A DNA stretch of 64,000 nt from Balanoglossus misakiensis (taxonomy: Eukaryota > Animalia > Hemichordata). The translations under genes and the position numbers were made by a program. The notes under the pieces are model-generated. The model made no database searches, was not told the DNA's origin, and saw nothing but the letters and a program-made list of their open reading frames with translations. The stretch is taken from contig CM082585.2 in NCBI GenBank assembly GCA_040954595.2, forward strand, positions 10,829,995-10,893,994. Direction: 5' to 3'. This document shows positions 47,322 to 59,790 of the stretch, piece after piece (positions within the stretch are counted from its first letter, which is position 1; each line of letters begins with the position of its first letter).

Positions 47322-50300
47322 GTGCTTCGCAGATTTATCAATGTTTTTCCTAGAAAACTCCACTTATCATTTTCGTTAAAATGTACACTCACATGCCTTG
47401 GTCATGGGAAAATATAGCGAATTGCTTAGCGAGATTTTACTGTCACCGTGCTTAAAATTATTGATGAATATTGTTTTCTCTATTATATCTCTCCTCTCCC
47501 CCTCCCCCCTGAAAACTTACAATATCTAGATCTTTGCTTTGGTCCGCTCCGCCGGACGGAGCTTTAGGGAATCTGAATTCACTCGCAGATGCTTCACGTT
47601 GCCAGGGTAATGAGATCGACGCACTGTGCATGCTGATTTTCATTTCAGTCTGCATTTTTTTAAAGTTCAAAGAAAGGTGATATTGCCGATTGCATGGCGC
47701 ACACCAACGTAAAATGTCAAAAGTTGATCTCTCAGCAAGACTTTATCGAAAGTACAAAGTTTCTCGCCACACTGCGACTACGTCATACATAGCTGCTAAG
47801 CAACCAATCGTAACACCGCACACGGAACCATGGATTGGACGCAGGAGAACTTGTCCACCCCGTGCCTTGTATTGCTCTACCGGCAGGATCGTGCATTGAT
47901 GAGGGTGTTTTGGAGGGGGGGGGGGGGAGAATCACGCGACTACGTGCACGTGGTATGTGAAGCATTAGAACTACACAGAGAACTTACGCACTGCCCACAT
48001 TTGTGGTCCCTAGCAACCAAGATGGCGGCAACCGAGAATACCTACACCGTGGTATTTTCTGGAAATCCTTGCTTTGGAAAGTAGGATAATTCGTGTATCT
48101 AAGTACCGACGTGTCTAGCCGTCTACTTTGAATTCAACATGAAGGCTTGCGCCCCGAGCCCTTCCTTTCACCTATTTATTTTTATCGACTACAATACAAA
48201 TACATATTGATGGTTTATACGCGTTCTATTTCAAAGGTACAGTTTAAAGCTTAATGTAAACCAAAGCACGATATGTTGTATAGTAGACTGTTGACTGTGC
48301 GTGTAGCACAAACGTGTGCATCGTGAAATCAATGTTTTAAGACACCTGTTAATGGAACGATAGTGTGTTGAAAAAGTATAAATCGAATTGAATATTGGAG
48401 TAGTTTTTATGCTATATTTCAGCGACATACTGAGAGCAACGTCAATCTGGAGAAAATCAGTAAGAAGTGGAATAATAGGCCGGACTGTGCTGGAATAAAC
48501 AGTGTTAATACGCACGGAATCATTCTATTTTGAGATCTCCATGTGAGCTGAACATTTGGATGATATGCAACCTGCGGTTTTTTTTCTCAGGAGGCATCAA
48601 ATTTTTAAACAAACAATTGGGCTGGCGGGTGACGTAGCTCCGCAGTGTGATATTTGACGTAACATGGCAGTGGTGGGAACTGGGTTGGTGGACGTGCAAA
48701 ACTAAAATAAATATCAAAGTTTACTTGTCAACTATTCTAAAGAAGACTTTATTGGCCAAATGTGACCAAAACGTCATCAACAGATAGCCCCTTTCATCAG
48801 AATGCGACAGTCGAGTCACTTCACGTCTCCAAGAACTTTCATAATGAATGTCAAACTATGGAAACCCTGAATTGATATCAGACCGGGCGTGCCATACAAT
48901 CGTTGCTATGCTACAAATCCCACGACAAAACAGCCACTGATCAAAACATCTGTTGTTGTCGACAACCAGGTACACGTGGGTGGTCCTTCAAGATGGTGGC
49001 CAACAAGATGGCCAAACTGTACAGTCACTTATGCGAATTCAGCCACAGTTACCAAGGAAACTTGAGATCTGACTGACTGACTGCCTGCCTGAATGAATGA
49101 ATGAATGAATTTGTGGATCGGTGTTAGAGTTAAAGACGGTGTTTAATTAACTGGAAAACACTGTAATTTTGCAGTGGACGGCTTCTCTATATTCTTATAT
49201 GTCGCGTGTCACAAAGTATTAATTTCTCACGAGTGTCAATCGACTTCACTTTCAATATCCGTCTTTGAAGGTTGTAATTTCCCGTGACATGTTCCAGTGT
49301 TTTCGCACCAATACTGACGTTAGCTGTCACAGGAAGCGTTCGTTTTCTCCCCGAAGCCTGTGTCTGACATGACCAGGCCTTGCTTTTCATCAAAGAGTGT
49401 ACGATCACGCTGCCGTAAATCCTCGCGGATATTCTGTTATTAGTGGCAAGTTAAAGATACAGCAACCCTGGCAAGTGTTGAACGCAAATGCCCCAAACTG
49501 TTCATCTGATTGAAGGGGGACCTTTTTTTTAAAATGTATACCTAAATGAGAAAGTAAATAGCTAAACTCCGGGGACCTTACCGGTTCTTGTATAACACTG
49601 CTGCCAATTTTTTCACACGGTATCTTCCCTTGAAACCATTAATGACAGACAGTCCTTCTGTACTGTGAAGAGAATGTAATGTACACTTAACGAAACTAAT
49701 TATCTCTGAAAAAATTGACCCTTATCCTAATCAACAATTTCCCGTGTTTCTTTATTATAACGCCTTGAACAAACTCTTTTGTACAATTGTCGACTTGATA
49801 TTTTAACTGCAATCATCATTTTCCTGCATTCTAATGATGCACGCCATTTTGAATATCTCTATAGTTGTGGTCACACAGGATGGAGTATAATGAATCGCCA
49901 CCTCGCCCCAGGGACCTAATTTATCGTTCTAGCAACAGCAGCATGCCTAGGGGAAAATTTCATATCCCACAATTACTTGTCAAGCATCCAGTTGATTTCA
50001 AAACGTTCAACAAAAATGGCAGGACTAAAATTGTAACGAACGAAATCTCTCTTCGCGTCATGAACAGCTGACAGATTCAGAGCCTGATTCAACTCTTTGT
50101 TATTTAGATGTTGCTATTATTATTCATAGCAATTGGTTGCCGAGTCTGGTGCACACGTGCAATGTGCTGTATTTGCATGTTGTGTCGCTGTGTTGCAATA
50201 ATTTGCATGAAAAAATACTTATCAGGGCCTTACTGCACGCAAATTGATTTGAGTTCAAAGACATTATATTTCGAAAGAAGCCACACTCTTTAATCAATAA

Positions 50301-50428
50301 ATAAAACTAACTCACATCAAATCGGTTTTCTATCGTTATTTATTTAGATCCTGTTACACTGTATTTGACAAAAATCCCACAAAAAATCATTGGTTGTCCC
50401 CACACGTGTAGTGACGTAAATTTGCTTA

Positions 50429-51012
50429 TCTCGCGAAAGGCGCAAGGTTTCATGGGAAATCGCGGAAATTGACCAGACGATATGAGACAACGTGACGCGA
50501 ACGTACATTTCCTCGGCTGCCAAGAGAGCAGCGCCCGGCCGTCCGCGTACATTCAGCCCGTAGTCTCGCGTTGCGACGTCGGCTTCACATTTTCGTGGAC
50601 GTCGTAATTTTTCTGATTATATTTAAATCTGTCTGTACCAGAGGAACATAGACGTTACAGAAAATATGTCTTGAAGTACATTTCACCGAAATATTTCCGT
50701 AAACACGAAACAAACGGATTTTCAGCGTTCCTGCAAGGAGATCGGGCCAGTGTGTACATTGCGGACCCGATCCCTCGCCGCTAAAACACACGGTAAACTA
50801 CGATATCTTTCCTAAAACATACATGGGGGTACTCACCAGTGAGAGTATCAACGAGTACTTGGTGTCGTTTTATTTTAAAACCATACGCCCCTTCGTATTT
50901 TGACGATTTGCACGCAAAAATCGGCCTCTTCCGTGTTGAAGCATAGCGTCGTCTGGTCATTTTCCGCACTTCCGCTCCGCGATTTCCCATAACACCTTGC
51001 GCGTTCGCGAGA
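50429..51012. mobile_element. MITE-like element with ~55-70-bp imperfect inverted repeats
   Basis: TCTCGCGAA..CGCAAGG..ATGGGAAATCGCGG..TGACCAGACGA at 50429-50480 recurs in reverse complement at ~50948-51012. True termini and TSD were not resolved. Confidence 0.55.
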
Positions 51013-51422
51013 ATCGCATTGGGTGTATGAGAACAGCGGCAATCATTTTTCAAATGTACATAATTGTATGATGCCAGGCATATCTGTTAAATATTCAATC
51101 TTATTCAAACTACACACTTAAGTATGGATTTAAAAAGTACATAGCATTTACAAAGATTCTACATTCCAAATTTGATGTGTAAATGATCAACCGGAAAACT
51201 TAGTGGCACTGCCAACAATGAACACACGCACAGATGTCTGCAAATTGGCACAAATGTCCGCAAACTGGCTTAACACGCTCACAGTAGATATATAAATTTT
51301 AAAGCTGTAAATTGTATTTTCTCCCACAAAGAATATCTAGATAATAAGAGTTGTGTTTATAGACTGGACAAAATCGTTTTTGGGGTTATACCTCTTTGCA
51401 TTGTGGGTAAAAGGTCGACAAC

Positions 51423-54032
51423 TCAATTTGTGCCATTTTTGATCTGGGATCGCTGGGTTGGTTTTGTTGCCCCGTGAATGTCCGGTAGTTTTTCCCGTCT
51501 GTTGCCAGCCCTTCCTCGGACGGCCGCGCGGTCGTGATTACCCGTTCCATCGCGGGATTTGCGTCTCAAGGCGATAATTTTCGGGTACTGCGGGTCTTTG
51601 CTGGCGTTGGGATATATAAGACGGCCTGACTTCGTTTTGTACACTGTCACTCGTTTGCCGCCGTTTTGTTTTTCTGTGCTCCAACGAGTCTCTTTAGGTT
51701 CGTATCCGCCAGTGTCTTTGCCTTGGCCCTGACTGCTGCGATCGCTCGTGACGGGAGTCGGTACCTGCGTGTCACCTTGACGACGACTCTTTGCGTCCGT
51801 TTGCCCAATCGTCGCCCCGCTCTCAACCGTCACGCTTGCAACGTCTTGACTGTTACGGCGGACAGATTGGCGCGACCCCTTTACTTTCTTTCTCGGCGAA
51901 TTTCCGGACGATGCCGAAGATCGGTGGCCGGCGCTGGACGAGCGGGTCGGTGTTGGCGGGCTGGAGGGGTGCGCACTCCCCAGAGAAGTTCTGGTCGACC
52001 CTCGCCTGATTCTCGGCGAAGTTCGCGACCCTCGTCTATGAGGTTTCTTTTCTTTAACACACAGCACATCCTTATCCCTGTTTTCAAAAACCTCCGTCAG
52101 GAATTCAGTGCTCGTTTTGCGCGAGCCCTCACTGTCAGACGCTGGTGATGACGTACTTCTGGCCGCGACCGGCGCCACAACGAGCGTCTCTTCGCTGTGT
52201 CGGCGAAGCAGCCTCTCCGTATTGTCGAATGTCCGCAGTGGCGGAATTTCGTCATCACGTTCATTGACCGACGTCGAGAAGGATCCCGTACATTCCTTCA
52301 ACAACTGGTGATCGTCAGAAACCTCTGTTTTCTGCACGACCTTTCTGCTTGTCCCCACTCTCTCTGAATGACGCGTTTCCGTGACTTCGTTTCTCTTTTC
52401 GATTTTTTCTTGTCGCTCTGTGGTACCATCTGCGGCGCCCGTCCTGTTTTTTCTTGATTCCGGACGTTCGTGAGTAACGTTATACTTTCTGCTGGTATCT
52501 GCGGTCTGACTGCTTTCCCGACTTTGCTGTGGGGAGTTTCGACCATCGGTATTTTTCGTACTGATAGACAAAGATATAGTCTCTTGGCGTCTGCTTTCAA
52601 CGAAGTGGTTCTCTCCAATCTCTTTGGCAGTTTGGGTTTTTACAACAAGTTCTTGTATTGGCGAAGTTCTCGCACTTCCCCTTGAATTCGGACGAGACTC
52701 AATTTCAGGAAAACGCAACGGTTCCTTGTGTCTTTGAGACACTGGCGAGAGTCTCGGAGATCTCGGGGGCCTGGGAGTCATATCAGCCCTGATCTCTTCA
52801 ATCATTTCTTGCGTGGTTGTATTTGCCATGGTTTCTAAGTGAGACGTGGTGGCTGGTCGCGGGCTCAGACACCCGGGGTCCCTTTGCTGCTCTTGTACAA
52901 TTCCTGACTCAGAAAAGGAGCGATGGATGGCCCTGGATCTCGAGTCGAGGCGAGGTCTTTCAGCCGACACTTTTTCACGGACCGAAGCCGACTCCGGCGG
53001 TTGATGCGGCGACGCTGGGCGGAAGGTTTTCTTGAACGCCATTTCACTTTCGTCAGCGATGGGTGACAGTTGGCCCGTCACTCGCAACATTGCGCCGTCG
53101 TCCGCCGGGATATCAGCGACATCGATAGCGTCTTGTCGAATAGTTGGTCGACCTTGATCTTCGCTAAATTGCCGAAGTCGAAGGTTACTTAGGTCAATAC
53201 GAGTGCCTCGGGGGAGACCGCCATATTTCAGTTTTTGTTTCCGCTCCCTCCGCGACAATGGCGATTTCGCGCCGTTTGTTTGTGTCCAGACGGGCAGCAT
53301 GTTTCTTAAATTCTCAGGGATGTAATCATAATTCGCGCATCCGTCGTCAACCAGAATCTGACAGCTATCTCTGTGCCTTAGTTTTGCGGCAACCAGGAGC
53401 GGTGTGTTGCCATGGTTATTGGCCTTCTCCACGTCGATTACTCTCTCTATTCCTTCCGAAGTTACCAACAATCTCACGGCAGAAGAGTTGCCGTGTTTGA
53501 CGGCGTGTATCAAGGCGGTGTTTCCGTTCTCGTCGCCCAAGTCGGGATCCAGATACTCACTGTTCGCCAGCAGTCGGATAACGTCGTCCCTGCCTTCTTC
53601 CATGCAAGCCATCATCAACGTTGTCCGCCCGTAATTGTCTTGAACATTCACATCGGCGTCGTTGGCCAGCAACAGCTCTACCAAACGCCTACGCGCGTCA
53701 GCATCTTCGAGGTTGCAAGCCCGCATTAGAGGGGTTCGCTTGAAAGAATCCTGAAAGTTGACGTCGACTCTGTTCTCTTTTAAGATCATCCGAGCTTGCT
53801 GGACGTCGCCCCGCTTGACGTAGTTCATGAGACTTTTCTCCTGCTCGCTCAAACTTATTATCTTCAAGCGCTGTTCGGTGTTTGCCCTACTAACGCGATT
53901 GTTCGGGCTCTTGGACGGTTTGGACTTTTCTTCGGTGGCGAAAAGCTCACTGTTGAAACTGTCCAAAAACTCGTCTATGTCGTCCATGGTGTCTCCGTGT
54001 TGCAAGTGCCTGTGGTCGGGAAAGGAACGCAT
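51423..54032 (-). CDS. Ankyrin-repeat protein (ANKRD34/ANKRD63-like architecture), 869 aa, single coding exon
   Basis: About five N-terminal ankyrin repeats (RTPLMRAC, GRTTLMMAC, GNTALIHAV, GNTPLLVAA) followed by a long Ser/Arg/Pro-rich disordered tail. Acceptor ctcttatag just upstream of the ATG; candidate 5'UTR donors at 54603 and 55167. Confidence 0.92.
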   Translation of the reverse strand: MRSFPDHRHLQHGDTMDDIDEFLDSFNSELFATEEKSKPSKSPNNRVSRANTEQRLKIISLSEQEKSLMNYVKRGDVQQARMILKENRVDVNFQDSFKRTPLMRACNLEDADARRRLVELLLANDADVNVQDNYGRTTLMMACMEEGRDDVIRLLANSEYLDPDLGDENGNTALIHAVKHGNSSAVRLLVTSEGIERVIDVEKANNHGNTPLLVAAKLRHRDSCQILVDDGCANYDYIPENLRNMLPVWTQTNGAKSPLSRRERKQKLKYGGLPRGTRIDLSNLRLRQFSEDQGRPTIRQDAIDVADIPADDGAMLRVTGQLSPIADESEMAFKKTFRPASPHQPPESASVREKVSAERPRLDSRSRAIHRSFSESGIVQEQQRDPGCLSPRPATTSHLETMANTTTQEMIEEIRADMTPRPPRSPRLSPVSQRHKEPLRFPEIESRPNSRGSARTSPIQELVVKTQTAKEIGENHFVESRRQETISLSISTKNTDGRNSPQQSRESSQTADTSRKYNVTHERPESRKNRTGAADGTTERQEKIEKRNEVTETRHSERVGTSRKVVQKTEVSDDHQLLKECTGSFSTSVNERDDEIPPLRTFDNTERLLRRHSEETLVVAPVAARSTSSPASDSEGSRKTSTEFLTEVFENRDKDVLCVKEKKPHRRGSRTSPRIRRGSTRTSLGSAHPSSPPTPTRSSSAGHRSSASSGNSPRKKVKGSRQSVRRNSQDVASVTVESGATIGQTDAKSRRQGDTQVPTPVTSDRSSQGQGKDTGGYEPKETRWSTEKQNGGKRVTVYKTKSGRLIYPNASKDPQYPKIIALRRKSRDGTGNHDRAAVRGRAGNRREKLPDIHGATKPTQRSQIKNGTN

Positions 54033-55554
54033 AAAAGACTATAAGAGGGAAATCATTAACTAGTTCGTTACCATGGTTATCACTGCAAATACTCGATTCA
54101 CTAATTGAGGCAATTGGAAGTCAACCAATTTTCTATGCCCCGTTGATTACATAGTGTCTATACACGTGGCAAATCTGCTTTGTCGCTCTCCAAATTCAGT
54201 TCGACGTATGTTTGGAATACGAGTTCGAAAACAGGCTAAATCCAAACCGAGCGAGAAAAAGCGAAACTTTGATTGAAAGGTTCCGATTGAAATGTCTGAA
54301 ACGAGTCGCTTCGGATACTTATGGAATGATCGTGAGCGAAAATCATTGAGAAATGTATTTTGTGAAACTCTTACACACGGTGCAAACCAATTTGCGGCGG
54401 AGGTGGGGGAGGGTGGGTTGGTGTGTGGATGATGGCTGCAAATTATGGACTACGTTTCACAACAGCTATGGTTACATCACAGTCATTCCACAAGGAAGTT
54501 CATATACCGTTATATCTTTTCCACTTTTCAATCTGCATATAGATACTTCTACATACATTTCAGAGAATGTCCAGTTTAGTGGGAGGTTGCAAACAAGTCT
54601 TACCTGTTCACCATTGGGTGAGATTCAACGTTACTTATTTTCTCGTTGTTCGGAAAGAGCGACAAACTCCCAGCTTTTAGCTGCAACGTGTTTATTCCGC
54701 CAGTTGAATCGAAGTAAAAGTGTCGGGATCTGGAAAAAAATAGAGCACAATATATTGATGTCAAGTTACAACCTTCCAAGGCAAATTAAACTATTTAACT
54801 CGGGATAATAGACTTATATTCTGGTACATAGAAACTCAAAACAAACAATAATGTAATCGATTTGTGAGTTGTCAATAATTTCAAACCGACTAACGTAACA
54901 ACGGAAAGCATTGAAAAATGAGTGTGTACCGAGTACATATACAAGTAAAGTGTTGTACCTTAGTGGCATTTTATATTCCTTAAGTAAATCCTTCAAATGC
55001 ACGATATACAGACTCAGAAAAATCTAATCGATATCATCAATGAAGCATTCTATGCATACAAGCATTGTGCAAAGTACATGTACATGTACAAAAAGGGCTG
55101 AAAATGAACAGCGTCAAGATACTCAAGAATGCAAATGACAGATATTACAAAATAAAACCAAACTTACCGCAGTATCACTACACGTTCATATCTGAAACAT
55201 TAGTCAAGTTGGCTAAGGTGCAATGTGCGTTTTGCTGGTCGAGCAGACGATTTGAAGTGACAAGTCCATCCTCGTCCCCCGGAAAGATATAAGAGCCCCT
55301 GGCTCTCAATTGCGTAGGTTACACCGCTGTGTTTGACGTAACGCGTTGTCTTTGTGCGTTAACGTTGGTAAGGCTGTTCCACTTGGCTTCATTGTTAGGG
55401 GTAGAGGCATTCCGGTATTTGAGGGACGTCGGAAATTATGAAAGGAGTGGGCCAGTCGAATCCAGAGTTTTCCTCGATCAAAACCAATTATATTTGAACG
55501 AAACGTTAAACGACTGTAAAGAATAAGACAAGCCCCCTGTCGGTAGTCTGACTG

Positions 55555-55564
55555 GCGCATGCGC
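55555..55564. promoter_or_regulatory. NRF1-type palindrome GCGCATGCGC in the shared head-to-head promoter region of the ankyrin and AKR genes
   Basis: Perfect motif 15 bp upstream of the AKR ATG, between divergently oriented genes. Confidence 0.55.
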
Positions 55565-55579
55565 CAGAGCCAGTCAGCC

Positions 55580-58500
55580 ATGGCCAAAACTGGGACAAAT
55601 GCGTGGTCCAGAGTATGTTACAGATACCTGGGCAATTCTGGTTTGAAAGTTTCAAATATATGCCTTGGCTCCAGTGTGTTTGGTCTCGACAAGGTAATGT
55701 CACACATTTGAGCCTTTTCCCCATTAAATAGTGGATTCATTTTAAAGACATTCACATTTAATGTATATATAGACTTAAACAATAACTTTAGCGGGCGTAG
55801 CCCTGCCTTACGTACGGTGACGTCACTTTCCCTCGAGAGCTCATCACACGTACAAATCGTCCTACTAATTTGGTGTTGGGAATGTGGGTCTCACTTCAAC
55901 ACCGTGACTATTAGCCTTGTATCCACACCCCAGTGTGCTTTAGATAGACTCGCACACTAGTCTATCTAAAACACACTGGGGTATGGATACCAGGCTACGT
56001 TTTTGACGCGTGAGTGGTCAAGGTCAGCAAAATGAATAGGGTCCGATGGCACGCATTGTCCAGATTTTACCATAGGGGCACGCGCCCCTCCGTATTTTTA
56101 GTGTGTATGTAGTTTTTATTGATCGGCATAATAAACAAACAAATAGTTGTGTATTTATTTATTAATAAATATGGTTACGCTTGTTTGTTGACATGTTAGG
56201 GTGTATATTCAACGGTTTAGAGTTAGGGTGATGCCGTGGAGCGAATAAATCCCAACCCTAACCCTAACCGTAAACAAACAAACAAACAAACACACACAGA
56301 CACACTAAAAACACGGAGGGAACGGCCCCTTTTAAAAAGTTCGTCCAAAATCCACTGCTCTTTCAGTGACCGCTTGATTGGACTACTGGTATTACGCGCG
56401 TATATTTATAGAAACCAAAGCGCTCTATTTAACCTTTTATCAACGTAATTTGGATAAAACATTGTTGTGCTGTCTTTCTGCCTGTATGTCCGTTTGTCTA
56501 TCTAGATGTCCCTTCTCTCTGCCCTTGTCTGATAATTTGGTTTCACGTTCACTGATAATTATTGTTGACAGGCTGGAAGGCCCGGACAGTGCGACGAGGC
56601 TGCGGCCCATTCCATTCTTGATGGGTTTGCCGAACGAGGAGGGAACTTTATCGACACATCAGATGATTATAATGATGGACAATCGGAGAAGATTATTGGG
56701 ACCTGGTTGTCAAAGTAACAAAACGAATATGTGTGATCGATGATTGTTGGTCGCAAAAATGTCACGATGCAAAAAGGATTAAATCGTGATGAAATCCATG
56801 AAAGTTAATTTGTCAGATTGTAGACTGACATTTAATAAAAAGAATAAGGATTTGCTTGGTTGAATAACACCCTTTATAAATCATTTTATAAGCCACATTT
56901 TGATGGAGTTGTTTCATGCTAAATACTGTAAGTTGGCGTTACGCAAATGAACCCCCCCCCCTCTCTTATTCTCTCTCTCTCCAGGCAAGAACGGGATCAA
57001 TATGTCATAGCAACCAAAAACTGTTACATGAGAGATAAAAGCTACGGTGGTGTGGAGGTCGGCAGTTATGACCCAAACAGCATTGGTCTTGGACGGAAAC
57101 ATTTAATTCGAAGTGTGGAAGCAAGCCTGAAAAGGTTACAAACAGACTATATCGATTTATACCAAGTAAGCTTCACCCACATTTCTTTGGTCAGCAGATA
57201 GAATAGATAATTTTCCAATCATTGCGAGATCTCGCGAGACTTGGTTAATTACAGTAGGAAAGGGTTGGTGGTAGTCAAGCAATTCAAGTCAAGTTTTGTA
57301 GGAAGCTGGGTAGATTTCCGAAAATAATGACAAATATTGCTTTTGCATGTTTCACAACATGAACAACTTTCATCGTTTTTGGCAAAAGGCAGCGACTTTG
57401 GCAGGTACAATGTATGGAGCAGTGGTGACTCACTCTTTTTGTCTAACTGGCAGATTCATGTCTGGGACAATGCTACTCCAATAGAAGAATCTCTCCGTAC
57501 GTTGAATGACCTTGTTCGAGTGGGTAAAATACGATACATTGGTGCAGGCAACGTTCTGGGATGGCAGCTGCAGAAGATAATGATGCTATGCAAAAATATG
57601 GGTCTAAATCCCTGGATTAGTTTAGCAGTGAGTAGTAGTCATATATTAGAGGGTAATTATGAAACTTGGTTGTTCCCTGGGCAATCAAAGTTTGCAAAAT
57701 CTTTCTTGTAAAGCCACACGACTGACAAAAGTAATGGAATTTGATCTCACCCCCACAAACAAACTAAACAAACGTTTGGAAGTGCAAAAGAAGGATGATG
57801 GCTTCGTAATGTGATCTACCTCGGTGGCCCAATAATACAAGCACCCGCTTCCAATTTACGATTTTCACTGTGCTTGAAAATTCAACGATCTAAAGTAAAA
57901 CTCCTGTAACTTTTTAGGCACATTACAATCTACTAAGTCGAGCTGTGGAATGGGAATTACTGGATGTCTGTAGGAATGAAGGAGTTGGTCTTATGCCATG
58001 GAGTCCATTAAAAGGGTAGGTATCAGAGGAAAATGGTACAATTTCCCTAACAAAAACGTTCTATAGTTATCTATAGAATTCTACAGCCTATAGGATTTGT
58101 ATGGAAGTTTATAGAATTTCTATGGATGTCTATAGATTTCTTTGTAGTTTTGAACCCTGTTTCTGTTGAATACTATAGAAATGTCACAATCTATAGAATG
58201 TTATATAATTCTATAGAACATGTACAAGAATATGCATTGTGATTTAGAACTACCAGACTGAATGTTGTATGTTTTACCCACAGTGGTTGGTTGACTGGTA
58301 AAATCAGACGAGGAATGACATCACCGCCGGCCAATACAAGAATAGCTTTCAGCGAAGCCAATCCACAGATAATCCAACAAAGTCATCCAAATTTTTCAAA
58401 ATATGCCAACAATGATAAAGTCTTTGATCTTCTTGATCTCATGGAAGAGATTGGACAGCGACATGGTGAGATTGAATTTTCACACCACATGTTCCCGTTT

Positions 58501-58974
58501 GACATTTCATTTTCTGAATTGTCAATATGAATACTACATGATCCATTTACCATAAGATTTATATACTAATTCCAATTGCTTACAGGATGCCCAATGTCTC
58601 AAGTAGCACTGAGATGGTTACTTCAGAAAGACACTGTGTCTTCCGTCATTATTGGAGCAAAGACATTGCAACAGTTAAATGAAAACATGGATGCCTCTGG
58701 TGGTTGGGAACTGACCGAGAAAGAGGTACAAGAACAATATCATTGCATTCGACTAAATAACTATAAGCTAAGCAGACAGCATTACTGTGTACAGCAAATA
58801 CTTTCTGCTAAGGTGCAGACCTATGCTTCCTAATCATTATTTCACATTATTATCCATTTTCTCTTTATCTAGATTGATGAACTGGACCAAGCAAGTGCTG
58901 TTGAAATTCCTTATCCGTATGAACTTGTAGCAAGAGCTAATATATCAAGACAAAGATCTAACAAGTGCATGTAA
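55580..58974 (+). CDS. Aldo-keto reductase (YajO/aryl-alcohol dehydrogenase-like subgroup), ~377 aa, 8 exons
   Basis: Exons 55580-55693, 56572-56714, 56985-57165, 57454-57627, 57918-58015, 58284-58465, 58586-58725 and 58873-58974 join in frame. Motifs [74 protein letters not shown]; catalytic D/Y/K/H present. Confidence 0.95.
55912..55997. mobile_element. 86-bp hairpin MITE bounded by TA, in AKR intron 1
   Basis: TAGCCTTGTATCCACACCCCAGTGTGCTTTAGATAGACT-(8 nt loop)-AGTCTATCTAAAACACACTGGGGTATGGATACCAGGCTA: 39-bp stem with 3 mismatches. Confidence 0.8.
56074..56330. mobile_element. MITE-like element with ~35-bp TIRs and internal inverted TTAGGG/CCCTAA repeats
   Basis: AGGGGCACGCGCCCCTCCGTATTTTTAGTGTGT at the left end matches the reverse complement of ACACACTAAAAACACGGAGGGAACGGCCCCT at the right end; internal TTAGGG and CCCTAACCCTAA. 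Confidence 0.6.
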
Positions 58975-59120
58975 TTACGGAGAAAATGTAACCACATGAA
59001 CAAAATCTCCAATTTTTTTCCAGTTGGATGTTTTTGTAAATTATCGGTTATTGAAACATGAACAAAATCTCTACAATTATTTTCCATCCAATATTATGCT
59101 CAGTCTATATGTCAAGATGT

Positions 59121-59790
59121 GATCCGTTGCTATGGATACTAACTCCCACACACATGATATGGTTTCACTGCATGAGAAACCATAGTAGTTCCTCGATAAT
59201 GGCAGACAGGAGTATGAATACATAAATTTTTCTTGGTAACTTTCATATCACAACTCTCAACACCTCTGAAATACTGGGGCTCAATGCATGTGGTCGTACA
59301 GTGGAAACATGGATTGTAATGTTTATTTGTACATGACATCATTCCAAATTTCTATCTGTAATCTTTATAGGTGAATAAAGACACAGCAAAGTCACAAACT
59401 GTGTGGGTTATGTTTTTTTACAACTTTTACCACATTTTCCCCCTAAAATTGTGATTGTGCAACTAATTGAAGCAGGTTTTTGAATGGAATTCAGAAAATG
59501 GTGGTTTACGTTTTTGCTACGTCAGTTGGGTTTGAAGCCTGTAAAATACAAGTCGATTGTGTGTGTATCTATGACCTTCCAGAGATCAGGTTTGCAAAGA
59601 CGTCAGCCAAGTCTTCCCACAAATGATGCTATTCACAAATGGCGTCAACTGCGCAATAAATAAGCAAAGAGAAATGAAAATTTTGGCTATGGGTGGCCAC
59701 ACTCACCTGAACACTGGACGCATTGAACCCTTTAGCCTGACACAGCTGAAATAAATTATGCACAGAAAAGAAATGTATATTGTATAAAAT
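59121..59790 (-). pseudogene. Degenerate direct duplicate of the Rubicon-gene segment 61983-62680, including a deleted copy of one exon
   Basis: Colinear matches: GATCCGTTGCTA.GGATACTAACTCCCACAC (59121/61983), AAATTTCTATCTGTAATCT (~59347/~62192), GTATCTATGACCTT (~59565/~62345), and the exon copy 59745-59707 versus 62644-62554. Confidence 0.8.

Noticed and set aside
55580-58974. Bacterial-like AKR as contamination or recent horizontal transfer
   Set aside because: Seven canonical spliceosomal introns and host-like context; nothing in the window supports recent transfer.
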